This document shows positions 33,012 to 50,999 of a stretch of DNA of 64,000 nt, one piece after another; positions within the stretch are counted from its first letter, which is position 1; each line of letters starts with the position of its first letter. Origin of the DNA: the human T2T-CHM13v2.0 reference genome, Homo sapiens; NCBI RefSeq assembly GCF_009914755.1, contig NC_060946.1; one strand, written 5' to 3'. The position numbers were made by a program, and so were the translations under genes. The notes beneath the pieces are model-generated. The model searched no databases. It worked only from the letters and a program-made list of their open reading frames with translations, and was not told the origin of the DNA.

Positions 33012-34126
33012 GACTGATGTGTTCTGAGTCCAAGCAACCTGTGGGGTACTAAGTGGTACCAAAATTGACTCAAGAATCAGGAAGAAATAGAAAACCTAAG
33101 AAGTACTACAACATGAAGAACATAAAATCTCTAGTAAAATAAAATCTTTCACAAAGGAAGGACTAGGCCCAGATGGTTATATGAGCAAATTTTACAGACT
33201 TCCAAAGAATGGATCATTCTAATTATGTTCCAAACAACTGTAGCTAGGAATATTAATGCTGGATTTTTCAAAAGCCTCATTTCCTAAAATCTGTAGGTTC
33301 AAAGGTAGATTGGTATGTGTTGGAAATCCTCAAATTTGTGCAGTTCCTTGGAGTTTTAGCATTAAAAAAGAAATTCCTTGCCTGCATTAACTTTAAATTT
33401 TGTAACAGTTACCATTTAATAGAGATACTCTATTCATTTATATGCACTCTGATTTTATAGGAATGGAGACATATCAGACACATGGCTCTGCAACCAGGTT
33501 TTTTACTTTGTAAATATCTTGGACATCATTTTTGAGCATCCTTTTAAAATTTATTTTTTTAAATAGCTGCATAGTATTCTATCATATGAATAACCATAAT
33601 TTCAATAAACAGTAAGGTGATAATCATTAATGTGATTGATAAACATTAAGGTGATTTCTAGACTTTTGTTAAGTAAAAAGGTGGTATAATACTTTCTCCC
33701 ATTCATACATAATTCCAGGCATCATGAGTATGTCTATAGGGTAAATTTCTGGAAATGAAATTGCTGAATCAGAGAGTACTGCCATTTATAATTTTGGTAT
33801 ATATTGTTTAATCACAATTGATAAAGTTTGTACAAATTTATAATCCCAGTAACAAGATGTGAGTACCACTTCAAACTCCACAACTTCACTGGCAGTGTTT
33901 GAAGTCATGATGCATATTGCCAGCCTCCCTTCAAGTAAAGTTCTATTAACCCTACAAAAATTTTATAAATGGCAGACGTTACATTTCCAGATAGCTTTGT
34001 GATAACCAAAAGAGAATTGATTTATTAGCAATTTTTATCACATTGAAACAAAATATTATTTTTGATAAATATCATTATTGTTATGTATTTAAAACATCTC
34101 AGGTATTAAGAAATCATACTTTAGAT

Positions 34127-38620
<4,494 letters not shown>

Positions 38621-39899
38621 GAAAACTTTCCATAAATGCATAAAGTCTAGAACAGCTAATATATTATAATGAAAAGTCAACTATAATCCCAGCTCAAAGA
38701 GAACACCATAAAATTATGAAGAGCTCTCCACAAATCTCTAAATTTATGTCTTCCTAAGATTACATTTCTATTTCTTCTTGAATAATGTCCTCATTTTAGC
38801 TATGATTTAGTGATAGTAAGATGGTAGTTATGAGGAGAAAATTCTCCTAACACTCCATTGAGAAAATTCTGCCTCATTTCACCACACACCTGAGTCTTAA
38901 GCAGTCACTTCTAATGTAGCTGAATAATAGATCCTCACCCAGCTGAGTCTATGAGTTGAGTCCATGTATGTGAGATAAGACCCCCAAGTAGAGGTAATAA
39001 GCTGGGAAAGCCATCAGCTCATCTTTCTTCAGGCCTATATTTGTCATTGTCACTTGTAGAAGCAGGACAGCCCTGGCATTGGGATTGGTAGTAACAGAGA
39101 GTATCAAAGGGAAAACTGAACTTCCCTAATTTTTGGAAAAAAGCAGATTGGAAACAGATGGGCTCCAAAGTTTTCCATGTGTGAGGTCATTGTCCCAGGT
39201 AGTCTTGCTCAGGACATTTCTTGTCAGCAAAACAGAAGTCAAATGATATTTCTACCTTCCAAGAGAATAGAACATAATGTCAGATTTTCTCATGGATTCC
39301 CACAAGTTCAAGAAACTTTCATGGCCTTATTTAACTGCTTAAGCATTTCAACTAAAAAATTATTTGTCTTTCAAATACACAGGAATCTGTTTGGAAAAAA
39401 TTTAACCAGAAAAAGTTGGAATTCTAAAGTAAAAAATCCATAAGGACATAAAAATTTTTTACATCTTTTAATTTATATGTCAACTGGGGAAAGGAAAACA
39501 TTCTCTGAAGTTCCTTTTATACCATTAAAGACTTATTGTTTATTACCAGCAATACAGGGTGACTTATTCAGGTTGAATCTTAAAGGTAAACTTTAACTTA
39601 ATTATAAGTTTTGGCTAATTTTTAAGCATTTCTCAGTCACCTACCATGATTTCATCTCAGAAACCAAAATCTCAATTTCATTTAGACCTTTGAAATATTA
39701 AAACAGAAGGTTAAATGCTTCAAAATAATATTCATGTAGACACTTACATATGTGGACCAGGAATCTACATATATTTCAAAATTTATAAGAACATAACAAA
39801 TGTTGATACACACATTTAATTATGAAATAAAAGCTTACAACAAATAAAGCTGTAACAAATCAAGAAAATTTTGTAGGTTACACATTTTATGTCTAAAAA

Positions 39900-41895
39900 T
39901 ATAGGTATGAAACACTCAAGGATGGATAAAAGAAGAAATCACAAGAGAAAATAGAAAATATCTAGAGACAAATTAAGAACATGAAATATCAAAAGTTAAG
40001 AGATACATCAAAAACAGTACCATAAGGGAAAAATTTATAGCTATAAATGATTATAAAAAATAAGATACCAAATCAACAACTTTACTCCTAAGGAACTAAA
40101 AACAGAGGGAAAAAGAGGGACTATTAAAGAGGGACAACTAAAAACTAGAAAAATTTAAAAAATGATAAAGATAGCAGTGGAAATAAGTGAAATAGAGAAT
40201 AGAAAATCAATATCAAAAATCAACAAAACCTAGTTTCTTCTCTGAAAAAGATCAAAACTGACAAAATTTTATCTAGATTGATTAAGAAAAAAGGTAATAT
40301 TCAAATTACTAAACTCAAAAATAAAATGGGTACATTACTAACAAATTTTTGGAGTAAAAAAGGGATGTAGGAGAGTACCATGAGGAACTATACACTAAAA
40401 AATTGAATAGCCTAAATAAAATGAACAAATTCCTAGAAACAAAAAACCTACTAAGACTGAATCAGAAAAGTTGAATAAACCTATTGAGCAAGGAGATTCA
40501 GCAGGAAGATTGCATCAGTAATCAAAAACCCAGCACAAAGAAAAGCCTGGACCAGATGGCTTCACTGTTGAATTCCACCCAATGTTTAAAGCAGAATTAA
40601 CACCACTTTTTCTCAAACTTTTTCAAAACTTTGAAGAGGAGGTAATTTTTTCTAACTTATTCTATGAGGCCAGTATTACCCTGACACCAAGCCAGAAAAA
40701 GGCACCATAAGAAAACTACAAACAAACATCCCTTATAAATGCTGATGCAAAAATCCTCAACAAAATACCAGCAACTCAAACTTAGCAGTACATTAAAAGG
40801 ATTATACACTATGAATGAGTATAATTGACTCCTGAAATAAAAGTATGTTCCAACACATGAAAATCAGCGTAATATCACATTAAGAAGGAAAAAACCCTCA
40901 TGTGATCATCTTAATCAAAGAAGAGAAAGCATTTGTCAAAATTTAACCCACATTCATGATAAAATATACTTAATAAACTATAAAAAGAAATAAAACACCT
41001 TAACATAATGCTATACAAAAAAAAAACAAACCAAAAAAACACAGCTAACATGGTGAAAGACTGAAAGCTTTTACCCTAAGAGCAAAAACAAGGATGCGTG
41101 CTTTTACTACTTCTATTTAATATAGTACTGAAGGTTCTGGTTAGTTAAAACAATAAGGTGAGTAAAAGAATTAAAGATATTCCAATTTTTTAGAAAGTAA
41201 AATTATCTGTTTGCAGATGACATAACCTTATATATTAAAAATCTTTTAGTTTCTGTGAAATAAACTGTCAGATGCAATAAATAAAATTCAGCAAACTGCA
41301 AGATACAAAATCAATACACAAAAATCAGTTGTATTTCTACAATAACAATAAATTATATGAAGAAGAAATCAAGACAACAGTATCATGTATGATAGCATCA
41401 GAAGAATAAAACACTTAGAAACCCATTTAACCAAGGAAATGAAAAACCTGTACAGCAAAAACTATAAACATGGCATGAAAGTATTAAAGATGACACAAAT
41501 AAGTGAAAAGACATCATGTGTTTATGGACTAGAAGATAAAATATTGTCAAGGTGCCATTGTTATCTATGGTCATCTACAGATTCAATAAAATCACTGTAA
41601 AAATTCCAATATATGCAAAAACAGAAAAACCTGTTCTAAAATTCAGATGAAATCTCAAAAAACCCCAAGCAGCCAAATCAATCTTAAAAACTAACAAAGT
41701 AAGAGGACTAACACCTCCTGGTTTCAAACTTCAGTACCCAAAATAATGCTGTACCAGCATAGAGACAGACACAAAGACCAATGCAATAGAAACAAAGAAC
41801 CAAAAAATATGGTCATGATTTTTAACAAGGGCGTCAACTCTGTTCAATGGGGAAAGGACGGTATTTTTTTAAATGGTGTTGAAAACGGATATTTA
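39900..41895 (+). mobile_element. Old L1M ORF2 fragment
   Basis: Degenerate ORF2 motifs (ggaccagatggcttcactg, gatgcaaaaatcctcaacaaaata, tgtttgcagatgacat). Confidence 0.82.
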
Positions 41896-41896
41896 C

Positions 41897-41932
<36 letters not shown>
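41897..41932. repeat. (ATCT)9 tetranucleotide STR
   Basis: Nine perfect units counted. Confidence 0.95.
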
Positions 41933-41934
<2 letters not shown>

Positions 41935-42057
41935 ATCCCAAATTAGCTTTTTGTCTGTCATTTATGTTGCAGATCTATTTCCCCAGTCTGTTGACTTTTG
42001 ACTTTGAGACATTTTTCTCTCATACAAAATTTTAATTTTTATGGAGTCAAATACAAC

Positions 42058-42114
42058 CTTGGCGCCGATCTGGTTCCCGCACTGCCCGGTCTGCGTGAGC
42101 ACTATTTTCCTCAT
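42058..42114 (-). pseudogene. TUBB8P: Orphan beta-tubulin exon 1 of the TUBB8/TUBB7P(TUBB4Q) family; the rest of the gene is missing
   Basis: The minus strand reads ATG AGG AAA ATA GTG CTC ACG CAG ACC GGG CAG TGC GGG AAC CAG ATC GGC GCC AAG | GTTG, i.e. MRKIVLTQTGQCGNQIGAK. This is the canonical 57-nt beta-tubulin first coding exon followed by a GT donor. VLTQ is characteristic of the TUBB8 clade. The pseudogene number is unknown. Confidence 0.9.
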
Positions 42115-42240
42115 GCCCAAGGCGGGATTAGAGCGGCAGGAGAAACGCGAAAAGGAGGAGCAGACGCTCAGCTACCCAGTCCGCCCTCCGCCAACGCTGA
42201 AATATCCCTTCGCCCACCTCCCTCAGCCTTGGATTCAGCT
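42115..42240 (-). promoter_or_regulatory. CpG-rich 5' UTR and core promoter of the TUBB8-like relic
   Basis: Local CpG cluster. The minus strand has gggcgaagggatatttcagcgttggcggagggcgg (GC boxes around a TATA-like gatattt). Confidence 0.6.
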
Positions 42241-43846
42241 CCCAGAATAAGCAACAGCTTTACTTCCACACAGGTGTACCTACCTGTGAATCCCTTGGAT
42301 CGAACGCCTCTTGGAGAGCTCAGGTGCCCTTGTTGTGGTCCTTTCCACGTTGGGGAAAGCTGGTCAGCTGGAGAACTTCCTCCCACATCTTTAGTAAGAC
42401 TAAATCCCCAGCTGAGCTGAAACTGAATTTTCCTCCCATGTGGGAGGGGAAGACTCTTGTTTCCATATTCGCAGAGTGCCTTTGCACCTGTCCTAGATTG
42501 ATGACATATTTTTGTAATTGATAAATCTTTTCATCTATTAGGAGATCTGTGCTTAGGAAAGGTCTTCCGAATGTTAACTCAACAGGATTTTATTATAAGT
42601 TTTACTTTGGAGCAGTTCAAACCCGCTGTAAGCTATGGGTGTTGGAGATAGTCAGGCGTCTGATTTAGCTAGAGTCTTCTTTAGAGTAGGATTAGCCCTT
42701 TCACCTTTCCAGAGGACTGCGGTCTGCACACAGAGTGAAGGTAATATTGGATTCTTAAAGCTGAGGATAGGTGTTGGGATACACCTGCTGTGAAAGACGG
42801 GCCATTGCCACTTTGCAGGCTTTTAGATTACCCAAACTGAGGAGTTATTTCTTCTGGTAAACATTTTTCAGATGGGGTGCGGAATGCCTCGATCTAACTA
42901 GCGAAGGCATCAGTAAGCATTAGCAAATATTTGAATCTCCTGCAGAAAGGTAGCTGAGTAAATTAGAGTTGCCAGTTCTCACCTGGGTAGGTTCCTCAAT
43001 TTTTGGACAGGTTTACCTGGAGAAGGAGAAAATCGCTGGTGGTTTGGGTCATGTCAGTCACAGAGCTCACAGGGCTGAGTCACCTGCTTTTCTGTCTTGA
43101 AAAGATTTACCCCTATAAACAAATGAGACATTAACAGAAGCCAGGAATCCCTTCTAGGGTGAAAAGAATCATGAAAGTGCTGAATTATATTCCTATGATT
43201 GGTACTTGGCATTAGTAATTTATTACCATCATTCAGCCAGCCAGAGGGACCCTGGACTGAAATGCAATCCCTGGCCCATTTTTATTCTTCTTCAGAGTAT
43301 TCCGGCCCAGTTCTATGTATGCTGACCAGCACGCCCATAAGCTTCATTGGCCCTTTCAGTGCAGGGGCCTTGGCTTGGCATCTACAAGGGCATTTCCTTT
43401 TACATGGCCAGTCTCTCTTTTGATGTCCTCTGAGATTAATTATAGTCAATTTTTGACAGCAAAGCAGCATTCTAACAAGCTCAAAATCTGAATGATGTTG
43501 TATGGAAAACTCTTGGGGGTCAGCAGTCCCTACCCATTCCAAATTGCAGCATAACCATGAAGCACTAAAAAATCATACTTGAAATCAGTGTAAATGTTAA
43601 CTTTTAAATCCTTTCCCAACTGCAGGGGCTGAGTAAGTTCAATTAACTCAGCTTTTTGGGCTGAGGTCGAAGCCAGCAAGGCTTGTGCCTTGATTCTCTT
43701 GTGCTGACTACTAATAGCATACCTAGCCCTCCTGTTCTCCTGATGCATAAAACAACTTGCATCTGTTAACCACTCTTCCTTGGGATGGTCAAGGGGCTCA
43801 TCTCTCTTAAGTCTAGCCTGCTAGAATCAATTTGTTTCATAACCTA

Positions 43847-44494
43847 TGACATGCTTCGGCTCTGTCCCCAGTCAAATCTTATCTTGAATTTTAGCTCCCA
43901 TAATTCCTATATATCGTGGGAGGGACCCAGTGGGAAGTAATCGAATCGGGGGATGGGTCTTTCTCATGCTGTTCTTGTGACAGTGAAAAAGCCTCATGAG
44001 ATCTAATGGTTTATTTATTTATTTTTGAGACATAGTCTTGCTCTGTTGCTCAGGCTGGAGTGCATTTACGTGATCTTGGCTCACTGCAACTTCTGACTCC
44101 TGGGTTCAAGCGATTCTCCTGTCTCAGCATCCTGAGTAGCTGGGATTAGAGGTGCCTACCACCATGCCTGTCTAATTTTTGTACTTTTAGTATAGATGGG
44201 GTTTCACCATGTTGGCCAGGGTGTCCTCGATCTCCTCACCTCAGCTCATCCACTGCCTTGGCCTCCCAAAGTGCTGGGATTACAGCTGATGGTTTTATAA
44301 AGGGGAGTTTCCCTACACAAGCCCTTTTGCCTGCTGCCATGTCAGAGATGTGACTTTGTTCCTCATTTGCCTTCTGCAATGAGTGTGAGGCCTCCCCGAC
44401 CACGTGGAAATGTGAGTCAATTAAACCTCTTTTCTTTATAAATTACCCAGCCTCAGATATGTCTTTATTAGCAGCATGAGAACAGACTAATACA
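43847..44494 (+). mobile_element. THE1D-like solo LTR inside ERV pol, containing a truncated antisense Alu (~44011-44285)
   Basis: tgacatgcttcggctctgtcccc..cagactaataca. TSD accta / acctg. Confidence 0.88.
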
Positions 44495-47236
44495 ACCTGT
44501 ATGCCAGAAAGGCTAGAAGTACCTGTGGACTCTGGCAGATAAGCAGCTGGGTTTATGGTTTGGCAGGCTTTAAGGATTATGTCTGGAGGGTCCAGCAATA
44601 AGGCCTGATACTTTCATAAATGTTCTCCTATTATCCACTCCTGCCCTTTAGCTTCTAGGACCACCTTCCCTTGGTGTGGGGTCAAAAACCTGTAGGTGCT
44701 CTTCTAATGTTAGTTTATTAGCTTTGTCTGCTAGAAAACTGGTAGCAGCAATAGCTCTAAGACATCAAGGCCACCCTGAGGCCACCTGGTCTATCTGCTT
44801 AGAAAATTAGGCTACTGGCCTTGGAATGTCCCCCCGTTTTGGGACAAGATTACCCAAGGCCTATGCCTTGATTTTTGGTCACATAAAGAAAAAATGGTTC
44901 ATCCAACTTGGGGACTCCCACTTCTGCAGCAGAGCCCAATTTCTCCTTGAGAGTATTGAAGGTTTGCTTGCAGTTCTCATTACATTCTAGGAGCTCTAAA
45001 TCTTTCCCTTTAATGTATCATATAAAGGCTTGGCTACATGCCCAAATCTGGGCACCCATAAGCAGCAGTACCCAGCCATCTCCTAAAAAAGCCCACAGTC
45101 ATTTTTTGTACAGGGACCCTTGGGTGACTAAAATAACTTTCTTATCTCTAGGGATGTTGATCAGTTCCAGAGGTTAAGACAGATTCCAAATATTTAAGTC
45201 TTTCAGTCAAAATCTGAGCCCTGTGTGGTGATGCCCTATATCTGCAAGTTCCCAGGAAATTTACCAACTTAACAGTATTATTATGAGTCTTCTTTAGTTG
45301 GGCTAGCAATGAGCAAGTCACCTACGTACTGAATAATTGTGTCCCTTTCCAATTGTAGATTTGTTAAGTCCTTAACTAGAGCATTTTCATATAAGCGGGG
45401 TCTATCCCAGAACCCTTCAGAGATGACTGTCCAGGTTAGTTTTGAGGCTGAATGCGTATCTGGATCATTCCATTCAAAGGCAAACATATTATGAATCTGG
45501 ATGCATTGAGATCCAGAAAAGTGCATCTTTCAGATATAAGAATGTAAACCAGCTTGCATCCCCTGGGACTTGGTAAGTATTTGGGACAATGAGGTGTACG
45601 GAGACAACTGCATTTCTTAATGCTCTAAGGGTTCTGACAAATCTGTACTTGCCATTAGGCTTTTTATCTGGTAACATGCGAGTATTGTAAGGAGACTCTC
45701 ATGGCCTTAATAACTCATATGGCAAGAATTTGGCAATAAGGGGTTGAATTTCCCCTCATGCTTCTTGCCTTAAAATGTATTGTCTCTTCTGAGGGCGAGG
45801 AGCACTAGGCTGAAGTTGGATTTGAATGGGGGAGGTGTTTAGTGGTTTCCCAGAGCCTGTGTGGACCAAACCTCAAGATTTACTTGAGACAACATCTCAG
45901 GTGGTAAATGTGACAGCTCATTCTTAACTTCTTTTTTCCCCTGAGGGGTCAGGAACAAAAGTAACACTTTCTATGCTTTATGATCTGTGAAGTTGACCAT
46001 GACTTGGTCTCCTGAGTCAATAAGCCTCTCCCCAGTAAGAGGTCAGGCAATCAGACAGTACTAAAAAGGCAGGCAAGATAGCTAGAGGCTCTGGAGGACA
46101 ACTTAGAAGATACAAAAAGGAGTGTTTTGGGGCTTGTCCATCATGAGAAGACAGGAGCCCATTGTATTGAATCAGGACAGAGTAATCTGCTCCCACACCT
46201 AATACGAAGTTAATACTCCTACCTACTACTTCAAGAGTCACCTGAGGCTCCTCCATCTCTCGATAGCTAATAGTCCAATGGGAGCAGAGGTAGGAAGTAT
46301 CAGGCCCTGCCACTTTTGATTCTGCTGGGCTCTGATGATGGCTCCCTTGGAAGCACAGTGCATTTCCTTCGGCAGTGGCTGACCTTCCTACAGAAGGCAC
46401 ATTGATTTATATCCAAGGCATGGTGGCCCAGAGGCACAGACTGGGACTTTCACCTTCTCACTTCCTCTGTGAGGGCCAGGGGTTAAGGGGCTGCCTCTGA
46501 AGTGGTGGAGAGCACAAGGCTGCAGCTAGAAGCTGGGCCTCTTGGAAGATTTGCTTTATTTTATGTTTTCTCTGCCGAATTCCTGTGATGGAAAACTGCA
46601 AAATCCAAGTCTAAAATCTGATCCATGGGAGTCTGGAAGCCTAAGGCTGCTTTTGGTGGCTTCCTATAGATATCAGAAGCAGACCGGGCTATAAAATAAA
46701 CTCCTAGCAATGTTGTCCCTTCTTGGAGTCAGGGTCAGTGTTAGTGTATTTCCTCAAGGTCTAAATTATCCACCCTTGTAATAAGGCTAGGTTTTCATCT
46801 TTTCCCTGAGTAATTTTCCAGAATTTATAAAAATTAAAAAGCTTTATCACACTTTTTTATTCATTCAAGGAGTCAAATGATCATAATTTTTTCTCTCTAT
46901 ATCACACTTTCTTCTTAATTCATTTGTCTTTTCTAGATTCTAGTTCTTTTGGGTCCTAGTCAGGCACTGCTATGCCTCCTATTTGATAGGTGTCTTGCCC
47001 CTTGTTGCAGGCTGCCACCCTATTAGCATGTGCTCTAGCCACTCCCATCATGCACTGCTTTTCTACCATGCAGCAGGTAAACATAAATATATGCAAATCC
47101 TACCTGGTCAGATCATACGTCAAAGTTAGCCTTTTAAATTTGTCTATGAATTTTCCCGGAACTTCTGAAAACTGTTTTAGTTTTTCCTTGCATATGGCTA
47201 ATTCAGATATAGAAAAGTGTACACATACCTATATAG

Positions 47237-48187
47237 TGTGGGGAAAAGAAAGAGAGATCAGACTGTTACTGTGTCTATGTAGAAAGAAGTCGACATAAGA
47301 CACTCCATTTTGTTCTGTACTAAGAAAAATTCTTCTGCCTTGAGAGGCTGTTAATCTGTAACCCTAACCCCAACCCTGTGCTCACAGAAACATGTGCTGT
47401 GTCGACTCAAGGTTTAATGGATTTAGGGATATGCAGGATGTGCTTTGTTAAACAAATGCTTTAAGGCAGCATGCTTGTTAAACCCTATTCTCAAGTACCC
47501 AGGGACACAAAACACTGGGGAAGGCCACAGGGACCACTGCCTAGGAAAGCCAGGTATTGTCCAAGGTTTCTCCCCATGTGATAGTCTGAAATATGGCCTC
47601 ATGGGAAGGGAAGGACACGACCATCCACCAGCCTGACACCTGTAAAGGGTCTGTGCTGAGGAGGATTAATAAAAGAGGAAGGCCTTTTTGCAGTTGAGAT
47701 AAGACAAAGCCATCTGTCTCTTGCTCGTCCCTGGGCAATGGAATGTCTCAGTGGAAAACCCGATTGTATATTCCATCTACTGAAATAGGAGAAAACTGCC
47801 TTACGGCTGGAGGTGAGACATGCTGGAGGGAATACTGCTCTTTAAGGCACTGAGATGTTTATGTATATGCACATCAAAAGCACAGCACTTTTTTCTTTAC
47901 CTTGTTTATGATGCAGAGACATTTGTTCATGTGTTTTCTTGCTGACCCTCTCTCCACTATTATCCTATTGTCCTGCCACATACCCCTCTCCAAGAAATGC
48001 CCGATAATGATCAATAAATACTAAGGAAAGTCAGAGACTGGTGCCGGCGTGGGTCCTCCGTATGCTGAGCGCTGGTCCCCTGGGCCCACTTTTTCTCTAT
48101 ACTTTGTCTCTGCGTCTCTTTTCACAAGTATCTCGTTCTACCTGATGAGAAACGCCCACAGGTGTGGAGGGACAGGCCACTCCTTCA
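47237..48187 (+). mobile_element. HERV-K(HML-2) solo LTR of the older LTR5A/LTR5B type, inserted in ERV gag
   Basis: tgtggggaaaagaaagagagatcagactgttactgtgtc..caggccactccttca. 6-bp TSD ATATAG / ATATAC. Confidence 0.93.
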
Positions 48188-49542
48188 ATATACTGTCCCT
48201 ATTATCATCTGTCACTTCCCAGAGAGGGCAAACATTCAACTTTGCCAGCTGATAAGAGGCCCCACGGCATGTTGTTCTGGTGAAGCTCGGGTGTTTCGAG
48301 AGTGGGGTATGTACGTAAGACAGGACTCGAAGGGCATGGAGAAGATGATGACCGGACACTAGATAACCTTGGAAAACTAGAGGAAATTAATAACATGTTG
48401 CACACCTCACTAGAACTGGAAGGAGTCTGTGTTCTTATGGGGTGCTTGGACTGGAAGGGGGAGTTCAGCCCCAGCTAAGAAGAGCCTAATATTAAGAGGC
48501 ACTTGCATTAAAAAGGTAATCAATTACATGCCGTCCCCATTTTATCTTTTCCTGCATCAAACATATAGAAGTCCATTTTAATTTTTTATCCTGACCAAGC
48601 ATCAGAGAAGCCTGTATATAATGTATTTCCTCTCTCTTAGTTTCTCTTCTATAAAACAAGTTAAGCTGCAAAATAGGAGTCAGATCAAACAGGGGAAATG
48701 GGAAGGCTGTAACTTGTATATTGTAATGTATTAGTCCATTTTCACACTGCTATGACAAAACTGACAAAACTCTCTCAGGAAAAAAGTGACATGCTGGGTT
48801 TAGAAAGTAGGGTCCAGCTGCCCTATACCAGCTGATCAAAGATGGCGTTATGGTTAAGAAATGAGAGAAAACTGTTAAGAAAAAGTCTCACGTTCTCCAT
48901 CTTGAGGGTAATTGTTTGCAGAGGGTTGTCATAAAAGAGGCTGTCATTAAACACGCATATCTGATCTTATCATGTATAGCTCTTAAATACCACATTTCAA
49001 CTTCTAGCCATAATGATGGCAAGGTTGCTGCTGATCTTTTCTGATAATTAAGGTACAAAAATACTAGGTCCCGAGACAATTATTTTTTTCAGTGTCACTT
49101 GGACCAGTGGCAAATTAAACAAGCAGTCAGTTAAGAGTCAGAGGATCGCTGAAGAAAATAAAACTAAACTGTTTGGGGCCTCTGTCCTGGGGCAGCCTCC
49201 AGGCTATTACAAAACAGAGGCGGTGAGCAGAAAGGTGACAAGATGTAGAGCACTCAGGTAAGGGACAGAGAGCACAAGGTGGACAGTCCAAAAAGAGAAA
49301 GTGGCAAACATCTTGTTTAGCCAAATCCATTCTTCTCAATATTTCCCAGGGCCTCTAACCCTGTGGGCTTGGCCTCTAATCTGAGTATGATAATAGTGGA
49401 TAATCATACTTGCCCACCAGAATGGCTTCACGATTCTAAAAGACAGCACACTTGCCAGGTGTCAGCTGATTGATTCTGTGTAGATTGTTTTCCTTGGAGT
49501 GGGGGTCTTGTCTTGGTGTCTGTTCATGGTGTTGCTGAAAGA

Positions 49543-50106
49543 TGTTGCTGGAAAAGAGGGTCCTGATACAGACCACAAAGTAGGATTCTTAGATCTTGTG
49601 CAGGAAAAAATTTGAGGTGAGTCAGAGAGCACAGTGAAAGAAGCAAGTTTATTAGAAATTATTCCATTACAGAGTTGGACATCCTCAGAAAACAAGAGGA
49701 GGAATGCATTGTCTTTTGTTAGTGTCTCTACTTATAAGTAACTATAAAAAGAAAGAGTTAAAATTAAACTTGGAAGGTGCAGATGTAGTCACTAAAGTCG
49801 GGGCTATTGGTTTTAACAATAACCATTAACCCATTGACCTAAGCTACCTCATTAATAATATCCTTACAAAAAAATGCTGCATTCCTAGGACATTTATACA
49901 TTTTTCAGGCTTGGTGGAAGATGTCTTGTATGATCACACATACTCTGCAATTGTAATTTGTGGCCAGTTAAAAAATGTGACTATTTTCAGACCATGAACA
50001 TTAACCTTCTAGATGCCTTGTGAGTACCTATCTACTCATATTAAGATAGAATATTCTAGTCATGTTTATTAAACTAGAAGCTAGGTAACCATGAGTTCCT
50101 CTAACA
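49543..50106 (-). mobile_element. Probable 5' LTR of the class I ERV (LTR8/LTR9/LTR19/MER61-like group)
   Basis: TG..CA termini (tgttgctgg..ctctaaca), gggtcctgatacagacc..ttcttagatct motif and a minus-strand AATAAA. A degenerate PBS-like sequence follows on the minus strand. Confidence 0.7.
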
Positions 50107-50329
50107 CAGCAAGTCTAATCCTCAAGGAGAAAATGTATTTCTCAGGAATTTTGTGCATTTTGTTTGATGGCATTTGGTATGTTTACCAAAATGGCAGAAA
50201 AGAGTGAAATTAGTCCTCAAAGATTTCTCAAGATTGGATATAAAGTAAACAAAATGATTATAGTTAATATGCAAGTTGATATAGTTGATATTCAAAAGAA
50301 ATTTTGTTTAAAACACAATGAGATTTTTA

Positions 50330-50336
50330 TTTTTAC

Positions 50337-50393
<57 letters not shown>

Positions 50394-50675
50394 TTGAGGC
50401 AGAGTCTTGCTCTGTTGCCCAGGCTGCAGTGCAGTGAACTATCTTGGCTCACTGAAACTTGTGCCTCCCGGGTTCAAGCAATTCTCCTGCCTCAGCCTCC
50501 CAAGTAGCTGGGATTACAGGCATGAATCACCACACCCAGCTAATATTTGTATCTTTAGTAGAGATGGGGTTTCACTCTGTTGGCCAGGCTGGTCTCGAAC
50601 CCCTGACAACAAGCGATCTGCCCACCTTGGCCTCCCAAATTGCTGGGATTACAGGCAAGAGCCACCACTCCCAGC
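50330..50675 (-). mobile_element. AluS with a (TTA)n microsatellite tail (50341-50393)
   Basis: Full dimer. TSD acaatgag. Confidence 0.9.
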
Positions 50676-50999
50676 AACAATGAGGTTTTTAAATAATTCT
50701 GATTTCCTGCTGTTGAGCAGGGAGCTGAGCAAATTCAACAGATTATGGGCCTAAACTAGGGGAAGACTGAGGACAAACTCTAGAACACATGTGATTAAAT
50801 TAATTACAATGGAAACCAAATCAAATTTAATAAAGCTGTACCTCTTAGTTTCAAGATGTTTCCCCTCATTTTGAAATGCGGTGTTATTCCATGGAAAAGA
50901 AAACTAGTGTTTATCTCCAGAGTAAAGAACAGGGCTCCCTGCAGGGATTGATTGCCTGAGAACTATGGCTCAGGATTAAAAATCCTTCTTTTTTCCATT

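Larger units (their letters stand above)
42245..49542 (-). mobile_element. Degenerate class I (gammaretrovirus-like) ERV internal region, gag-pro-pol, 3'-truncated after integrase
   Basis: Minus-strand remnants: gag (VCPLWEV; FSISELAICKEK), protease (INFVLGVGADYSVL), RT (LTWTVISEGF..QYVGDLLIAS), RNase H (SAQKAELIEL..VNIYTD), IN core (LQSGNGPSF) and IN tail (QLSPTWKGP). Confidence 0.88.

Noticed and set aside
32373-33073. E/R/K-rich ORFs
   Set aside because: Translation of the polypyrimidine tract.
42059-42075. tggcgcc as a tRNA-Lys primer-binding site
   Set aside because: It is the reverse complement of the tubulin codons GGC GCC AAG, and there is no adjacent LTR end.
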